A stretch of 64,000 bases of DNA from Clostridia bacterium (GCA_030527615.1 JAUNAM010000001.1:25244-89243); one strand, 5' to 3'. Shown: positions 9,764 through 18,867, numbered from the stretch's first letter. Notes: generated from the sequence alone by a model not told the origin. Numbers and translations are program-made.

Positions 9764-10183
9764 TTATCTTTCCTCCACTGTGATTTCAACAGTATTTTCA
9801 CTAAGCGGTTCTAAATTGGCATCTATTGCATAAGCCATTTTTAATCGACCGCCGCTTTCGTTTAAATTGCATTTAACCTCTTTGCCGTATATACCCAAAG
9901 TAAGTGAGCCTTGCGGTATGGCGTAAAGGCATTGATTACGCTCGCCCTCGGTAATGACAAGACGAGAATTAAGGTCGCCCCGTCGCTCTAAAATAACCGT
10001 TTTATCGCCTTTTACGGTGAGTTGTGTTTTGGTGTTAGAGCCTTCTACAGTTTGGTCGTCGCTGTAACTTAAAATATATTCGTCCTCAAACTGTCGCATA
10101 ACACCCTCGGTGGCAAGCTCTATAACCGCTTGCTCGTCATCTGCGCCTTGGGTGCCTTTGATTTTAATTAAAACCTTTTTCAT
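9764..10183 (-). CDS. DUF1934 (YwiB-like) beta-barrel protein
   Basis: 139 aa, located immediately upstream of argS as is usual for DUF1934 in Firmicutes. It overlaps the murI stop by 4 nt. Confidence 0.7.
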   Translation of the reverse strand: MKKVLIKIKGTQGADDEQAVIELATEGVMRQFEDEYILSYSDDQTVEGSNTKTQLTVKGDKTVILERRGDLNSRLVITEGERNQCLYAIPQGSLTLGIYGKEVKCNLNESGGRLKMAYAIDANLEPLSENTVEITVEER

Positions 10184-11007
10184 AATTTTTCAACATCTAC
10201 CTGTTCGATTTCTATATCCTTTTTACGTTCGCCCAAGAGCGCCCTAACCGTCTGTTTAAATGCGGCGGTTTTATCGCTGGCATAAAATTTATATTCGGCT
10301 ACTGTGCTGCCGTCGTTTAGGCTGTCAGAGCCTTCCAAAACATCCTTTACAACCTTAGCGGTGGATACACCCATATTAATAAGTGTAACCTTATCGCCCA
10401 AAATGTTTTTAATAGCGCCCGACAAAACGGGAAAATGTGTGCAGCCTAAAATCAGCGTGTCAACACCCTGCTCTATCATAGGCGCGAGATAACGTTTAAG
10501 CGTTTCTAACGCTATTATGTCGTTGTCACCTGTCCAACCCTCTTCTACAAGGGGGACAAGTAGTGTGCCGCTTGATTCTATAACGGTGGCATTAGGCAAA
10601 ACGTCAAGAATTTGCTTTTTGTGTGCGCCGCTGTTTATGGTGGCACTGGTGGCAAGTATACCGATTTTGCCGTTTTTGGTAGCACGGATTGCCGCCTTTA
10701 CCGAAGGGGATACCACCTCAACAAACGGAACGGGCAAAACCTTTGCGGTGTCATAGGCTACAGATGAAACGGTGCCGCAGGCGGCAACGATAAGCTTTAC
10801 ATCGTGACTTAACAAAAACTGTTCGTCCTGCAAAGCGTATTTTTTGATTGTATCGTGGCTTCGTGTGCCATAGGGCACGCGGCCTGTATCGCCAAAATAG
10901 ACAAGATTTTCGTTTGGTAAAAGTCTTTTGATTTCACGGGCAACGGTAAGACCGCCAAGTCCCGAATCAAAAATGCCGATAGCACGGTTATCAGACACCA
11001 AGCCCAC
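10180..11007 (-). CDS. murI: Glutamate racemase
   Basis: IGIFDSGLGGLTV, two catalytic Cys contexts (VAACGT and LGCTHFP), 275 aa. Confidence 0.95.
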   Translation of the reverse strand: MGLVSDNRAIGIFDSGLGGLTVAREIKRLLPNENLVYFGDTGRVPYGTRSHDTIKKYALQDEQFLLSHDVKLIVAACGTVSSVAYDTAKVLPVPFVEVVSPSVKAAIRATKNGKIGILATSATINSGAHKKQILDVLPNATVIESSGTLLVPLVEEGWTGDNDIIALETLKRYLAPMIEQGVDTLILGCTHFPVLSGAIKNILGDKVTLINMGVSTAKVVKDVLEGSDSLNDGSTVAEYKFYASDKTAAFKQTVRALLGERKKDIEIEQVDVEKL

Positions 11008-11120
11008 TCCTTTCGAGCGATTAATATATAAGTATTCATATTATATTATCATATATTATATATTTTATCAAGTAAAAAAGTGCGGTAATACCCGTTAAGG
11101 TAAAAAAACAAAATATTTTC

Positions 11121-11149
11121 TTGACAAAGGATGTTTGTTGTGATAGAAT
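11121..11149 (+). promoter_or_regulatory. Sigma-A promoter of the rplU-prp-rpmA operon
   Basis: TTGACA at 11121-11126, an exact 17-nt spacer, then TAGAAT at 11144-11149 preceded by tg. Confidence 0.65.
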
Positions 11150-11248
11150 AGTCGAGCCGCATAATGTGGGCTTTGTAAGTTGCGCTCAAAATTTTGATGT
11201 GCACGCCTAACTTTAGCGAGACTGTAAAATATCAGGCAGGTGTAAAAA
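11150..11248 (+). promoter_or_regulatory. 5' leader of rplU, possibly an L21-leader-type autoregulatory RNA
   Basis: An untranslated leader of about 95 nt lies between the predicted promoter and the rplU ATG. L21 leader RNAs are known in low-GC Gram-positives, but I did not verify the structure here. Confidence 0.35.
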
Positions 11249-11554
11249 ATGTACGCAATTATCGAAACAGGCGGTAAGCAATACCGTGTAGAAAACGGCG
11301 ACGTTATCTACGTTGAAAAGCTCGATGCCCAGGTTGACTCAGAGGTAACCTTCGACAAAGTAGTTGCTGTTTGCAACAGAACTTTAAAGGTTGGCAAGCC
11401 CTATGTAAAAGATGCTTTTGTAAAGGGCACCGTTGTTAAAAACGGCAAGGGCAAAAAGGTAACAGTATTTACCTACAAACCCAAAAAGAGCAGCTCACGC
11501 AAAATGGGTCACAGACAGCCTTACACAAAAGTACAGATTACCGAAATCGGCTAA
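11249..11554 (+). CDS. rplU: 50S ribosomal protein L21
   Basis: [14 protein letters not shown] is the canonical L21 N-terminus. Confidence 0.97.
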   Translation: MYAIIETGGKQYRVENGDVIYVEKLDAQVDSEVTFDKVVAVCNRTLKVGKPYVKDAFVKGTVVKNGKGKKVTVFTYKPKKSSSRKMGHRQPYTKVQITEIG

Positions 11555-11560
11555 TTTGAT

Positions 11561-11875
11561 ATGACACGTGTAAAATTTCTGAAAGACGGAAGCATAGTCG
11601 GCTTTGAAATTTTCGGTCACAGCTCATGCGACGAAAATGACTTTGAGGGCAAAATCGTTTGCTCGGCAGTTTCAAGTGCTGCATATATGGCGGCAAACAC
11701 TATAATTGAGATAATCGGTGATAAGTGTTTTGCGACGATAGACGACGCAAAAATGCTTGTTACGGTAGATGCCCCTTGCAAAGAAACCGTGGCGGTGCTA
11801 AATGGCTTAAAACTTCATTTAACCGAGCTTTCAAAACAGTACAGTAAACGAATTAGGATTATTACGGAGGTGTAG
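11561..11875 (+). CDS. prp: Ribosomal-processing cysteine protease Prp (YsxB)
   Basis: 104 aa between rplU and rpmA, with a GHS...CSAVS catalytic His/Cys context. Confidence 0.85.
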   Translation: MTRVKFLKDGSIVGFEIFGHSSCDENDFEGKIVCSAVSSAAYMAANTIIEIIGDKCFATIDDAKMLVTVDAPCKETVAVLNGLKLHLTELSKQYSKRIRIITEV

Positions 11876-11878
11876 ATA

Positions 11879-12163
11879 ATGTTAAAAATTAACATTCAGT
11901 TGTTCGCTCATAAAAAAGGTATGGGTTCAACCAAGAACGGTCGCGACAGCGAAGCAAAGCGTCTTGGTGTAAAGCGTGCAGACGGTCAGTTCGTGCTCGC
12001 AGGTAACATACTAGTTCGCCAAAGAGGAACACACATCCACCCGGGCAACAATGTTGGCCGTGGTTCTGACGATACTTTATTCGCACTTATCGACGGTAAG
12101 GTTAAGTTTGAACGCGTAGGCAGAGACCGCAAGCAGGTTAGCATCTACGCTGTGGAACAATAA
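11879..12163 (+). CDS. rpmA: 50S ribosomal protein L27 with an N-terminal Prp-cleaved extension
   Basis: [24 protein letters not shown]. The extension ending in FA is the Firmicute Prp cleavage context. Confidence 0.97.
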   Translation: MLKINIQLFAHKKGMGSTKNGRDSEAKRLGVKRADGQFVLAGNILVRQRGTHIHPGNNVGRGSDDTLFALIDGKVKFERVGRDRKQVSIYAVEQ

Positions 12164-12176
12164 TTAAAAATTAAAC

Positions 12177-12218
12177 CGAGCGGCGAACATTTTAAAATGT
12201 AGTCGCTCGATTTTTTTA
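12177..12218 (+). terminator. Terminator or attenuator after rpmA
   Basis: cgagcg...cgctcg stem followed by a T7 run. The next gene starts 23 nt later, so termination may be partial. Confidence 0.5.
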
Positions 12219-12240
12219 TTCTTTAAAGCAAGGTGATATT

Positions 12241-12666
12241 ATGAAAACATGTCATGTATGCGGTGTCGAGTGTGAAAACGATGCCGACATCTGTGCCGTT
12301 TGCGGTGCAGAGCTTAAAACCTTTGAAATGTATGAGCAGGAGCTACAGCAAAAGGCTGAAGTCGAGGCAAAAAAGGCAGCCGAAGAGGCACTTATCATTA
12401 AAAAGCCTGTAATTGCGGCAACGGTTGAAAATGTTGTAGCGGCAGAAATTTACAAGGATGTACTTCGTGACAACGGCATAAACTTTACCTGTGACGAAAG
12501 CGACGACAGTATGCAAATCGTATTTGGCGGCGGCTTTAGTGCGGTAGAAATTTATGTAAACGAAGATGACCTTGAAATCGCACAGCAGCTTTACGAAAAT
12601 GTTGTAAATGCGCCCATGGATTTTGAAGAAGATTTTGAAGAATTTGAGGATTTTGAGGAAGTATAA
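12241..12666 (+). CDS. Zinc-ribbon plus DUF2007-like (putative signal-transducing) protein with an acidic tail
   Basis: N-terminal CHVCG...CAVCG zinc ribbon, a Lys/Glu coiled segment, and a C-terminal domain resembling DUF2007 (AEIYKDVLRDNGI...VEIYVNEDDLEIAQQL). The tail is DFEEDFEEFEDFEEV. The stop abuts the obg ATG. Confidence 0.55.
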   Translation: MKTCHVCGVECENDADICAVCGAELKTFEMYEQELQQKAEVEAKKAAEEALIIKKPVIAATVENVVAAEIYKDVLRDNGINFTCDESDDSMQIVFGGGFSAVEIYVNEDDLEIAQQLYENVVNAPMDFEEDFEEFEDFEEV

Positions 12667-13941
12667 ATGTTTGTAGATATAGCAAATATACATTTAAAAG
12701 CAGGCGACGGCGGCAACGGTGCGGTATCCTTTCATCGTGAAAAATATGTAGCCGCAGGCGGACCTGACGGTGGTGACGGCGGCAGAGGCGGCGATATTGT
12801 TTTTCAGGTGGACGACAATCTTTCTACTTTGGCAGATTTTCGCTATAAGCGCAAGTATTTAGCCGAAAACGGCGAAAACGGCAAGACCGATCGCCGCACC
12901 GGCAAAACTGCACCAAAGCTGCTGATACGTGTGCCGCGCGGCACAATTGTAAAGGATAGTGAAACGGGCAGAATTATTGCTGACCTGTCAGACGACAAGC
13001 CGGTGGTAATAGCAAAAGGCGGCAACGGTGGTTGGGGCAACAATCATTTTGCAACCTCTACCCGTCAAATACCCCGTTTTGCCAAAAACGGCAACCCCGG
13101 CGAAGAGCTTGACGTAACGCTTGAGTTAAAGCTGCTTGCCGACGTTGGTCTTATCGGTTTTCCAAATGTGGGCAAATCCACATTTATATCGGTGGTAAGC
13201 GGTGCAAGACCTACAATTGCCAACTATCACTTTACCACTCTTACACCCGTTTTAGGTGTGGTAAGTATGGGTGAGGGCAGCTCGTTTGTAATGGCAGATA
13301 TCCCCGGTCTTATTGAGGGTGCGGGCGAGGGCATAGGTCTTGGTCACGAGTTTTTACGCCATGTTGAGCGTTGCCGAATGCTTATACATGTTATCGACGT
13401 TTCGGGTAGCGAGGGCCGCGACCCGATAGAGGATTTTGATAAGATTAATGCCGAGCTCGCCGTTTTCAGTGACGAGCTAAAGGACCGCCCACAGGTTGTT
13501 GTGGGCAACAAATGCGACCTCTGCGAAGAGGAAGATGTTGCACGCATAGCCAAATATTTTGAAGACAAGGGTTATAAATTTTTCCCCGTTATGGCGGCAA
13601 TTGCCGAGGGCACGCAGGATGTTATAAACTATGTTGCTGCCACCCTTGCAAAGCTACCCGCCATTAAGGTTTATGAGGCAGAGCCAAAGCCACAGCTTGA
13701 TTTAACCTCAAGCAAAAAGCGCACCTTTAACATTCGTGTTTGCGACGGGGTTTATTTTATCGAAGATGCACCGTGGATTATGGATGTTATGAACGATGTT
13801 AATCCTGACGATTATGAGTCGCTTCAATATTTTGAACGTGTGCTTCGCCAAACCGGCATTATAGATGCATTGCGCAAAGCCGGCGTGCAGGAAGGCGACA
13901 CCGTCAGCGTTTATGATGTTGAATTTGATTTTGTGGATTAA
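12667..13941 (+). CDS. obg: GTPase Obg/CgtA
   Basis: MFVD...GDGGNGAVSFHREKY Gly-rich Obg fold, G1 motif GFPNVGKST, and a C-terminal OCT domain. 424 aa. Confidence 0.97.
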   Translation: MFVDIANIHLKAGDGGNGAVSFHREKYVAAGGPDGGDGGRGGDIVFQVDDNLSTLADFRYKRKYLAENGENGKTDRRTGKTAPKLLIRVPRGTIVKDSETGRIIADLSDDKPVVIAKGGNGGWGNNHFATSTRQIPRFAKNGNPGEELDVTLELKLLADVGLIGFPNVGKSTFISVVSGARPTIANYHFTTLTPVLGVVSMGEGSSFVMADIPGLIEGAGEGIGLGHEFLRHVERCRMLIHVIDVSGSEGRDPIEDFDKINAELAVFSDELKDRPQVVVGNKCDLCEEEDVARIAKYFEDKGYKFFPVMAAIAEGTQDVINYVAATLAKLPAIKVYEAEPKPQLDLTSSKKRTFNIRVCDGVYFIEDAPWIMDVMNDVNPDDYESLQYFERVLRQTGIIDALRKAGVQEGDTVSVYDVEFDFVD

Positions 13942-14154
13942 GTCATTGGAGAGTCGAACCCGACAAGCCTGACAATGTAAATTTTACGCTGTCACATCGC
14001 CTTGTCACTTGATAGGCGCCGGCCTATCTGCGTTTCGTGTCTTCGTGACAACAAAAAATTTATCATTGGCAGGTCGTTCCGAGTTTTTATCGTCAAATTT
14101 TTATTTGACAAAAGGCGATATACAAAACCTTATCGTGCTCGGCTCTCCAATGAC
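13942..14154. repeat. Hairpin-rich intergenic block closed by a 12-bp long-range inverted repeat (GTCATTGGAGAG / CTCTCCAATGAC)
   Basis: The arms lie at 13942-13953 and 14143-14154. Inside are gataggc-gccg-gcctatc (about 14011-14028) and other short stems. The GTCATTG terminus is shared with the module family at 15.5 and 19 kb. Confidence 0.6.
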
Positions 14155-14165
14155 TGAGGTGCAAT

Positions 14166-14543
14166 ATGGATAATGTAAATTTATTAAGCCCGTCGGTGCT
14201 TGCTTTTGTCGGCGATGCGGTTTACGGACTATTGGTGCGCACGCGACTTGCCGAAATAAACCGTTCGTCGGGCGATTTGCACGCGCTTTCGGTAAAGTAT
14301 GTAAGCGCCACCGCACAGGCTGAGGCGTTTTCGCTGATAGAGGGCGAGCTTTCCGAAAAAGAGCTGTCGATTTTTCGTCGTGGTCGTAATTTTCATACCG
14401 GCAACACACCAAAAAGTGCAACGGGTGGGCAATACCACACGGCAACAGGGCTTGAGTGTCTGTTTGGCTTTTTTCATTTGTCGGGGCAGACCGACCGTGA
14501 AAAGCAGCTTTTTGAAATTATTTGGAAAAACCAAACCGTTTAA
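14166..14543 (+). CDS. mrnC: Mini-ribonuclease III
   Basis: LAFVGDAVYGLLVR RNase III-like signature, about 125 aa, no dsRBD. Confidence 0.85.
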   Translation: MDNVNLLSPSVLAFVGDAVYGLLVRTRLAEINRSSGDLHALSVKYVSATAQAEAFSLIEGELSEKELSIFRRGRNFHTGNTPKSATGGQYHTATGLECLFGFFHLSGQTDREKQLFEIIWKNQTV

Positions 14544-14596
14544 AAGAATATAAATTAAAGCCTCCGTACAAAATAACTGTATGGAGGTTTTTTGTA

Positions 14597-15445
14597 ATGC
14601 AAAAACGCTATAAATTTTTGGTTGATATACTTTATTTTATTGTGGGCACCGCCGTTTACTCTGCGGCGGTTAATATGTTTTTGTCACCAAACGGCATTTC
14701 GCCGGGCGGTTTTACGGGCATTGCCGTGGTGGTAAATCACCTAATCGGCATACCCACCGGCACGGCGCTTTTTGCCTTTAATATACCGGTGCTGATTATC
14801 GGCTACAAAAAAATGGGTAGCCGTTTTGTGGTAAAAACCGCCTTTGTGACAATACTGTTGTCAACCGTGCTTAATATTACCGAAAGGGCGCTGCCGCATT
14901 TTAAAATTGACGGCATATTGGCATCAATGTTTGGCGGCATACTTCTTGGTGTGGGTCTAAGCCTTATACTGCTACGGGGTGCGACCACCGGCGGCATAGA
15001 TATTGTGGCAAAGCTTATAAACCGAAAAATCAGACACCTTAGTGTCGGCAAAATTATACTAATGGCAGACGGCGTAGTCATTGCACTAAACGCTCTGGTT
15101 TACAAAAACGCCCAAAGTGCGCTCTATTCGGTTGTGGCAATGTACGCTGCCACCCGTATGATGGACACCCTGCTCTACGGCGCCGACAGGGGTAAGATAA
15201 TTTATGTGATTACCGCCCACCCCGACGTGATTTGTCAAAAAATAAACCGTGATATTGGTCGCGGTGTCACACGCCTTGCTGCCGTGGGCGGCTACACGGG
15301 CGAAAGCCGCACCATGCTTATGTGCACCGTGCGCGTGCACGAGGCGGCAACCGTGCACGATGTAATAAAAGAGTGCGATAATAGCGCCTTTATAGTGGTG
15401 ACCGATGCGGGTGAAATAATAGGTGAAGGCTTTAAGCGTGATTAG
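14597..15445 (+). CDS. YitT-family membrane protein (DUF2179 C-terminal domain)
   Basis: Five to six TM helices with the GGTTGG(I/M)D motif, and a C-terminal DUF2179-like domain. RBS ggagg at 14584-14588 favours ATG 14597 over the longer ORF. Confidence 0.8.
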   Translation: MQKRYKFLVDILYFIVGTAVYSAAVNMFLSPNGISPGGFTGIAVVVNHLIGIPTGTALFAFNIPVLIIGYKKMGSRFVVKTAFVTILLSTVLNITERALPHFKIDGILASMFGGILLGVGLSLILLRGATTGGIDIVAKLINRKIRHLSVGKIILMADGVVIALNALVYKNAQSALYSVVAMYAATRMMDTLLYGADRGKIIYVITAHPDVICQKINRDIGRGVTRLAAVGGYTGESRTMLMCTVRVHEAATVHDVIKECDNSAFIVVTDAGEIIGEGFKRD

Positions 15446-15481
15446 CCGTAGGCAAACCACGCAGCGATATTTGCCTACGGC
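15445..15481. other. 12-bp perfect stem-loop directly after the YitT stop, with no T-tract
   Basis: gccgtaggcaaa, a 13-nt loop, then tttgcctacggc. Not a canonical intrinsic terminator. Confidence 0.5.
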
Positions 15482-15550
15482 AACCTAAACGTAAGCACAG
15501 ATTGTATCGCATTTGCACAGCAAATATATCGCAATATTAAAAATGGGAAC

Positions 15551-15632
15551 GGATTGCCACAACGCTAACGCGTTTCGCAATGACAACATTACTCGTCAGT
15601 CATTACGAGCCACGATAGTGGCGTGGTAATCC
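15551..15632. repeat. 82-bp composite of two head-to-head 34-nt hairpin modules (REP/BIME-like), copy upstream of the LRR gene
   Basis: GGATTGCCAC-aacgc-taac-gcgtt-TCGCAATGAC, a 14-nt linker, then GTCATTACGA-gccac-gata-gtggc-GTGGTAATCC. Same architecture as 19043-19124 but in the opposite orientation. Confidence 0.8.
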
Positions 15633-15700
15633 GTATTATTTGATTTTCATCGCAATGCGCCACCGCAATTATTCATTAAAACAGTCAAAATATATAATCA

Positions 15701-15729
15701 TTGAAATTTAAAATAAAATAGTGTATACT
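15701..15729 (+). promoter_or_regulatory. Putative sigma-A promoter upstream of the LRR gene
   Basis: TTGAAA at 15701-15706, a 17-nt spacer, then TATACT at 15724-15729. Confidence 0.4.
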
Positions 15730-15751
15730 AAAATCGGAGTTTGCGTTTTTT

Positions 15752-15781
15752 GTGCGTTCACTTCGGTGGGTGCACTTTTTT
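15752..15781 (+). terminator. Terminator-like UUCG-tetraloop hairpin plus T6 inside the LRR gene leader
   Basis: gtgcgttcac-ttcg-gtgggtgcac (10 pairs including 3 G-U) followed by tttttt. It lies between the predicted promoter and the RBS aaggaggg. Confidence 0.4.
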
Positions 15782-15823
15782 AATTTATACCAATAGGTCA
15801 ACAACAAGGAGGGTTTTATTAAA

Positions 15824-18800
15824 ATGAAAACAAAAAAATTATTGGCAATAATTTTAGCATTGGCTATTATAATCTGCACGCTGCCAATAGGTGCACTAAC
15901 AGCAGGTGCCGAAACTGCAACAAGCTATACCGGCAGTTGTGGTGAAAATTTAACATATTCATTTGATGAAGCAACTGGTACATTAACCATTACCGGCAGC
16001 GGTGATATGGCTGATTATGATTGGCGTGATGCCCCATGGTATTCATACCGTAGTTTGATTAAAGCGGTTGTTATATCTAACGGTGTAACAAGTATAGGCG
16101 ATAGGGCATTTAACGATTGCGATAGCCTTAATTCGATCACAATCCCCGACAGCGTAACAAGTATAGGTGATTATGCGTTTTATAAATGCACAAGCCTTAC
16201 CGAAATCACAATCCCCGACAGCGTAACAAGTATAGGCAGTTATGCGTTTGATGATAGCACAAGCCTTGAAACCGTAAATATAACCGACCTATCAGCTTGG
16301 TGTAATATAGATTTTGATGGTTATAGTTCAAACCCAATGTGTTGTGCTGATGACCTTTGTTTAAACGGTCAACCGATAACCGATTTAGTTATACCTAATG
16401 GTGTTACACAAATAAATGACAATGCATTTAACAATTGCGATAGCCTTAATTCAATCACAATCCCCGACAGTGTAACAAGTATAGGTGAGAGTGCGTTTTC
16501 TGGTTGCGATAGCCTTGCCGAAGTTACAATCGGCAACGGTGTAACAAGTATAGGCAGTTATGCGTTTTCTGGTTGCTATAGCCTTACCGAAATCACAATC
16601 CCCGACAGTGTAACAATTATAGGTTGGTATGCGTTTTCCGATTGTGATAGCCTTACCTCAATTACGATCCCCGACAGTGTAACAAGTATAAGTAGTTATG
16701 CGTTTCACGGTTGCACAAGCCTTACCGAAATTACAATTCCCAATAGTGTAACAAGTATAGGTGAGCGTGCGTTTTCTGATTGCAGTGGTTTGGAAAGTAT
16801 CGTTGTGCAAAGTGGTAATACGGTATATCGTTCTGAAGGTAATTGCCTTATAGAAACGGCAACTAAAACACTTATTTTCGGTTGCAAAAACAGCACAATA
16901 CCAAGTGATGGCAGCGTAACAAGCATAGGTAGTTATGCATTTGAAGGTTGCACAAGCCTTACCGAAATCACAATCCCCGATGGTGTTACTAGTATAGGTA
17001 GTTGTGCGTTTTATGGTACAGCCTATTACAATGATAGCAACAATTGGCAAAATGATGTTTTATACATAGGCAATCATTTAATAGATGCAAAAACTACAAT
17101 AAGCGATAGTTATGCTATAAAAGACGGCACAAAAACGATTGCAGATGGTGCGTTTTACTATTGCAAAATACTTACCTCAATCACAATCCCCGACGGCGTA
17201 ACAAGCATAGGTCATTATGCATTTTATAATTGCACAAGCCTTACTGAAATCATAATCCCATACGGTGTGACAAGAATAGGTGAGAGTGCGTTTGAGTATT
17301 GCACAAGTCTTAACGAAATCACAATCCCCGACAGTGTAACAAGTATAGGCGTGCGCGCGTTTTATCTTTGCACAAGCCTTAACTCAATCACAATCCCAGA
17401 CGGCGTAACAAGTATAGGCGATTATGCATTTGAAGATTGCACAAGCCTTACCGAAATCACAATCCCCGACAGCGTAACAAGCATAGGTAGAGAGGCGTTT
17501 TACGATTGCACAAGCCTTACCGAAATCACAATCCCTGACAGCGTAACAAGTATAGGTGAGTTTGCGTTTCGGAGTTGCACAAGCCTTACCGAAATCACAA
17601 TTCCTGACAGCGTAACAAGCATAGATGGTTATGCATTTTATAATACAGCATATTATAATGACGATAACAATTGGCAAAATGATATTTTATATATAAACAA
17701 TCATTTAATAGGTGCAAAAACTACAATAAGCGGCAATTATAGCATTAAAGACGGCACAAAAACGATTGCAAATTTTGCGTTTTACGATTGCACAAGCCTT
17801 GCCAAAGTTACAATCCCCGACAGCGCAACAAGCATAGGTATCGGTGCTTTTGGCAGTTGCACAAGCCTTACCTCAATCACAATCCCCGACAGTGTAACAA
17901 GCATAGGTGGCAGTGCGTTTCGGAGTTGCACAAGCCTTGCTGAGATCACAATCCCCGACAGTGTAACAACTATAGGTGAATGGGCGTTTTGCTATTGCAC
18001 AAGCCTCACCAAAATCACAATCCCCGATAGTGTAACAAGTATAGGCTACGATGCGTTTTCTTATTGCAATAACCTAACTCTTTGTGTTTACAAAGACTCT
18101 TACGCTCATCAATATGCCATAGAAAACGAAATACCATATACATTAATCGAAAAAATAACCGGCGAGTGGAAAAAACAAAACGACAGATGGTGGTACAGCT
18201 ACTCTGACGGCAGTTATGCCGTGGGTTGGCTTGAAATGGATGGCAAGCGCTACTGCTTTGATGATGCCGGTTGGATGCTTACCGGCTGGCAACAGCTTGG
18301 CGGCAAGTGGTATTATTTTAACGCTGACGGTGTAATGCAAAAGAATTGGCAAAAGATATCTAAAGTATGGTATTATCTTGATGATGACGGCACAATGAAA
18401 ACCGGTTGGCAAGAGATTGACGGTAGTTGGTATTACTTTAATGCAAGCGGCGCTATGCAAACAAATTGGGAAAAGGTCGGCAAAGTGTGGTACTATTTTG
18501 AGCCAAGCGGCGAAATGACCACCGATTGGCAAAAGATAAGCGGTACTTGGTACTATTTTAACCAAAACGGTGCTATGCAGACCGGCTGGGAGCAAATAGA
18601 AGAGATTTGGTATTACTTTGATAATAGCGGTGCTATGAAAACCGGTTGGTTAAAGACCGGCGGCAAATGGTATTACTTTAAATCAAGCGGTGCTATGAAA
18701 ACCGGTTGGTTAAAATCAGGCGGCGTATGGTACTACTTTGATAATAGCGGTAAAATGCTGGCTAACACATCAAAAACAATAGGTAATAAGGTATACCGTT

Positions 18801-18832
18801 TTAATGCAAGCGGTGCGTGCCTTAATCCGTAG
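15824..18832 (+). CDS. Secreted BspA-type leucine-rich-repeat protein with C-terminal cell-wall-binding (choline-binding-type) repeats
   Basis: Signal peptide MKTKKLLAIILALAIIICTLPIGALTAGA. More than 20 repeats of about 23 aa of the form ITIPDSVTSIGxxAFxxCTSLTE. About 11 repeats of the GWxxxxGxWYYFxxSGAMxT type at the C-terminus. Confidence 0.9.
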   Translation: MKTKKLLAIILALAIIICTLPIGALTAGAETATSYTGSCGENLTYSFDEATGTLTITGSGDMADYDWRDAPWYSYRSLIKAVVISNGVTSIGDRAFNDCDSLNSITIPDSVTSIGDYAFYKCTSLTEITIPDSVTSIGSYAFDDSTSLETVNITDLSAWCNIDFDGYSSNPMCCADDLCLNGQPITDLVIPNGVTQINDNAFNNCDSLNSITIPDSVTSIGESAFSGCDSLAEVTIGNGVTSIGSYAFSGCYSLTEITIPDSVTIIGWYAFSDCDSLTSITIPDSVTSISSYAFHGCTSLTEITIPNSVTSIGERAFSDCSGLESIVVQSGNTVYRSEGNCLIETATKTLIFGCKNSTIPSDGSVTSIGSYAFEGCTSLTEITIPDGVTSIGSCAFYGTAYYNDSNNWQNDVLYIGNHLIDAKTTISDSYAIKDGTKTIADGAFYYCKILTSITIPDGVTSIGHYAFYNCTSLTEIIIPYGVTRIGESAFEYCTSLNEITIPDSVTSIGVRAFYLCTSLNSITIPDGVTSIGDYAFEDCTSLTEITIPDSVTSIGREAFYDCTSLTEITIPDSVTSIGEFAFRSCTSLTEITIPDSVTSIDGYAFYNTAYYNDDNNWQNDILYINNHLIGAKTTISGNYSIKDGTKTIANFAFYDCTSLAKVTIPDSATSIGIGAFGSCTSLTSITIPDSVTSIGGSAFRSCTSLAEITIPDSVTTIGEWAFCYCTSLTKITIPDSVTSIGYDAFSYCNNLTLCVYKDSYAHQYAIENEIPYTLIEKITGEWKKQNDRWWYSYSDGSYAVGWLEMDGKRYCFDDAGWMLTGWQQLGGKWYYFNADGVMQKNWQKISKVWYYLDDDGTMKTGWQEIDGSWYYFNASGAMQTNWEKVGKVWYYFEPSGEMTTDWQKISGTWYYFNQNGAMQTGWEQIEEIWYYFDNSGAMKTGWLKTGGKWYYFKSSGAMKTGWLKSGGVWYYFDNSGKMLANTSKTIGNKVYRFNASGACLNP

Positions 18833-18834
18833 CA

Positions 18835-18866
18835 AAAAGTGGAGTTCGATTAGAACTCCACTTTTT
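18835..18866 (+). terminator. Rho-independent terminator of the LRR gene
   Basis: gtggagttc-gatta-gaactccac flanked by an A-run and a T5 run. Confidence 0.85.
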
Positions 18867-18867
18867 G

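Noticed and set aside
13950-13975. GGGTTCGACTC on the minus strand resembling a tRNA T-arm, suggesting a tRNA fragment or att site
   Set aside because: No complementary T-stem, acceptor stem or other tRNA arms can be drawn. It is better explained as a 4-bp tetraloop hairpin (gtcg-ggtt-cgac) of the local repeat type.
14101-14534. Two minus-strand ORFs (114 and 101 aa) opposite mrnC
   Set aside because: They are antisense shadows of the Mini-III gene, Arg/Pro/Cys-rich, with no RBS.
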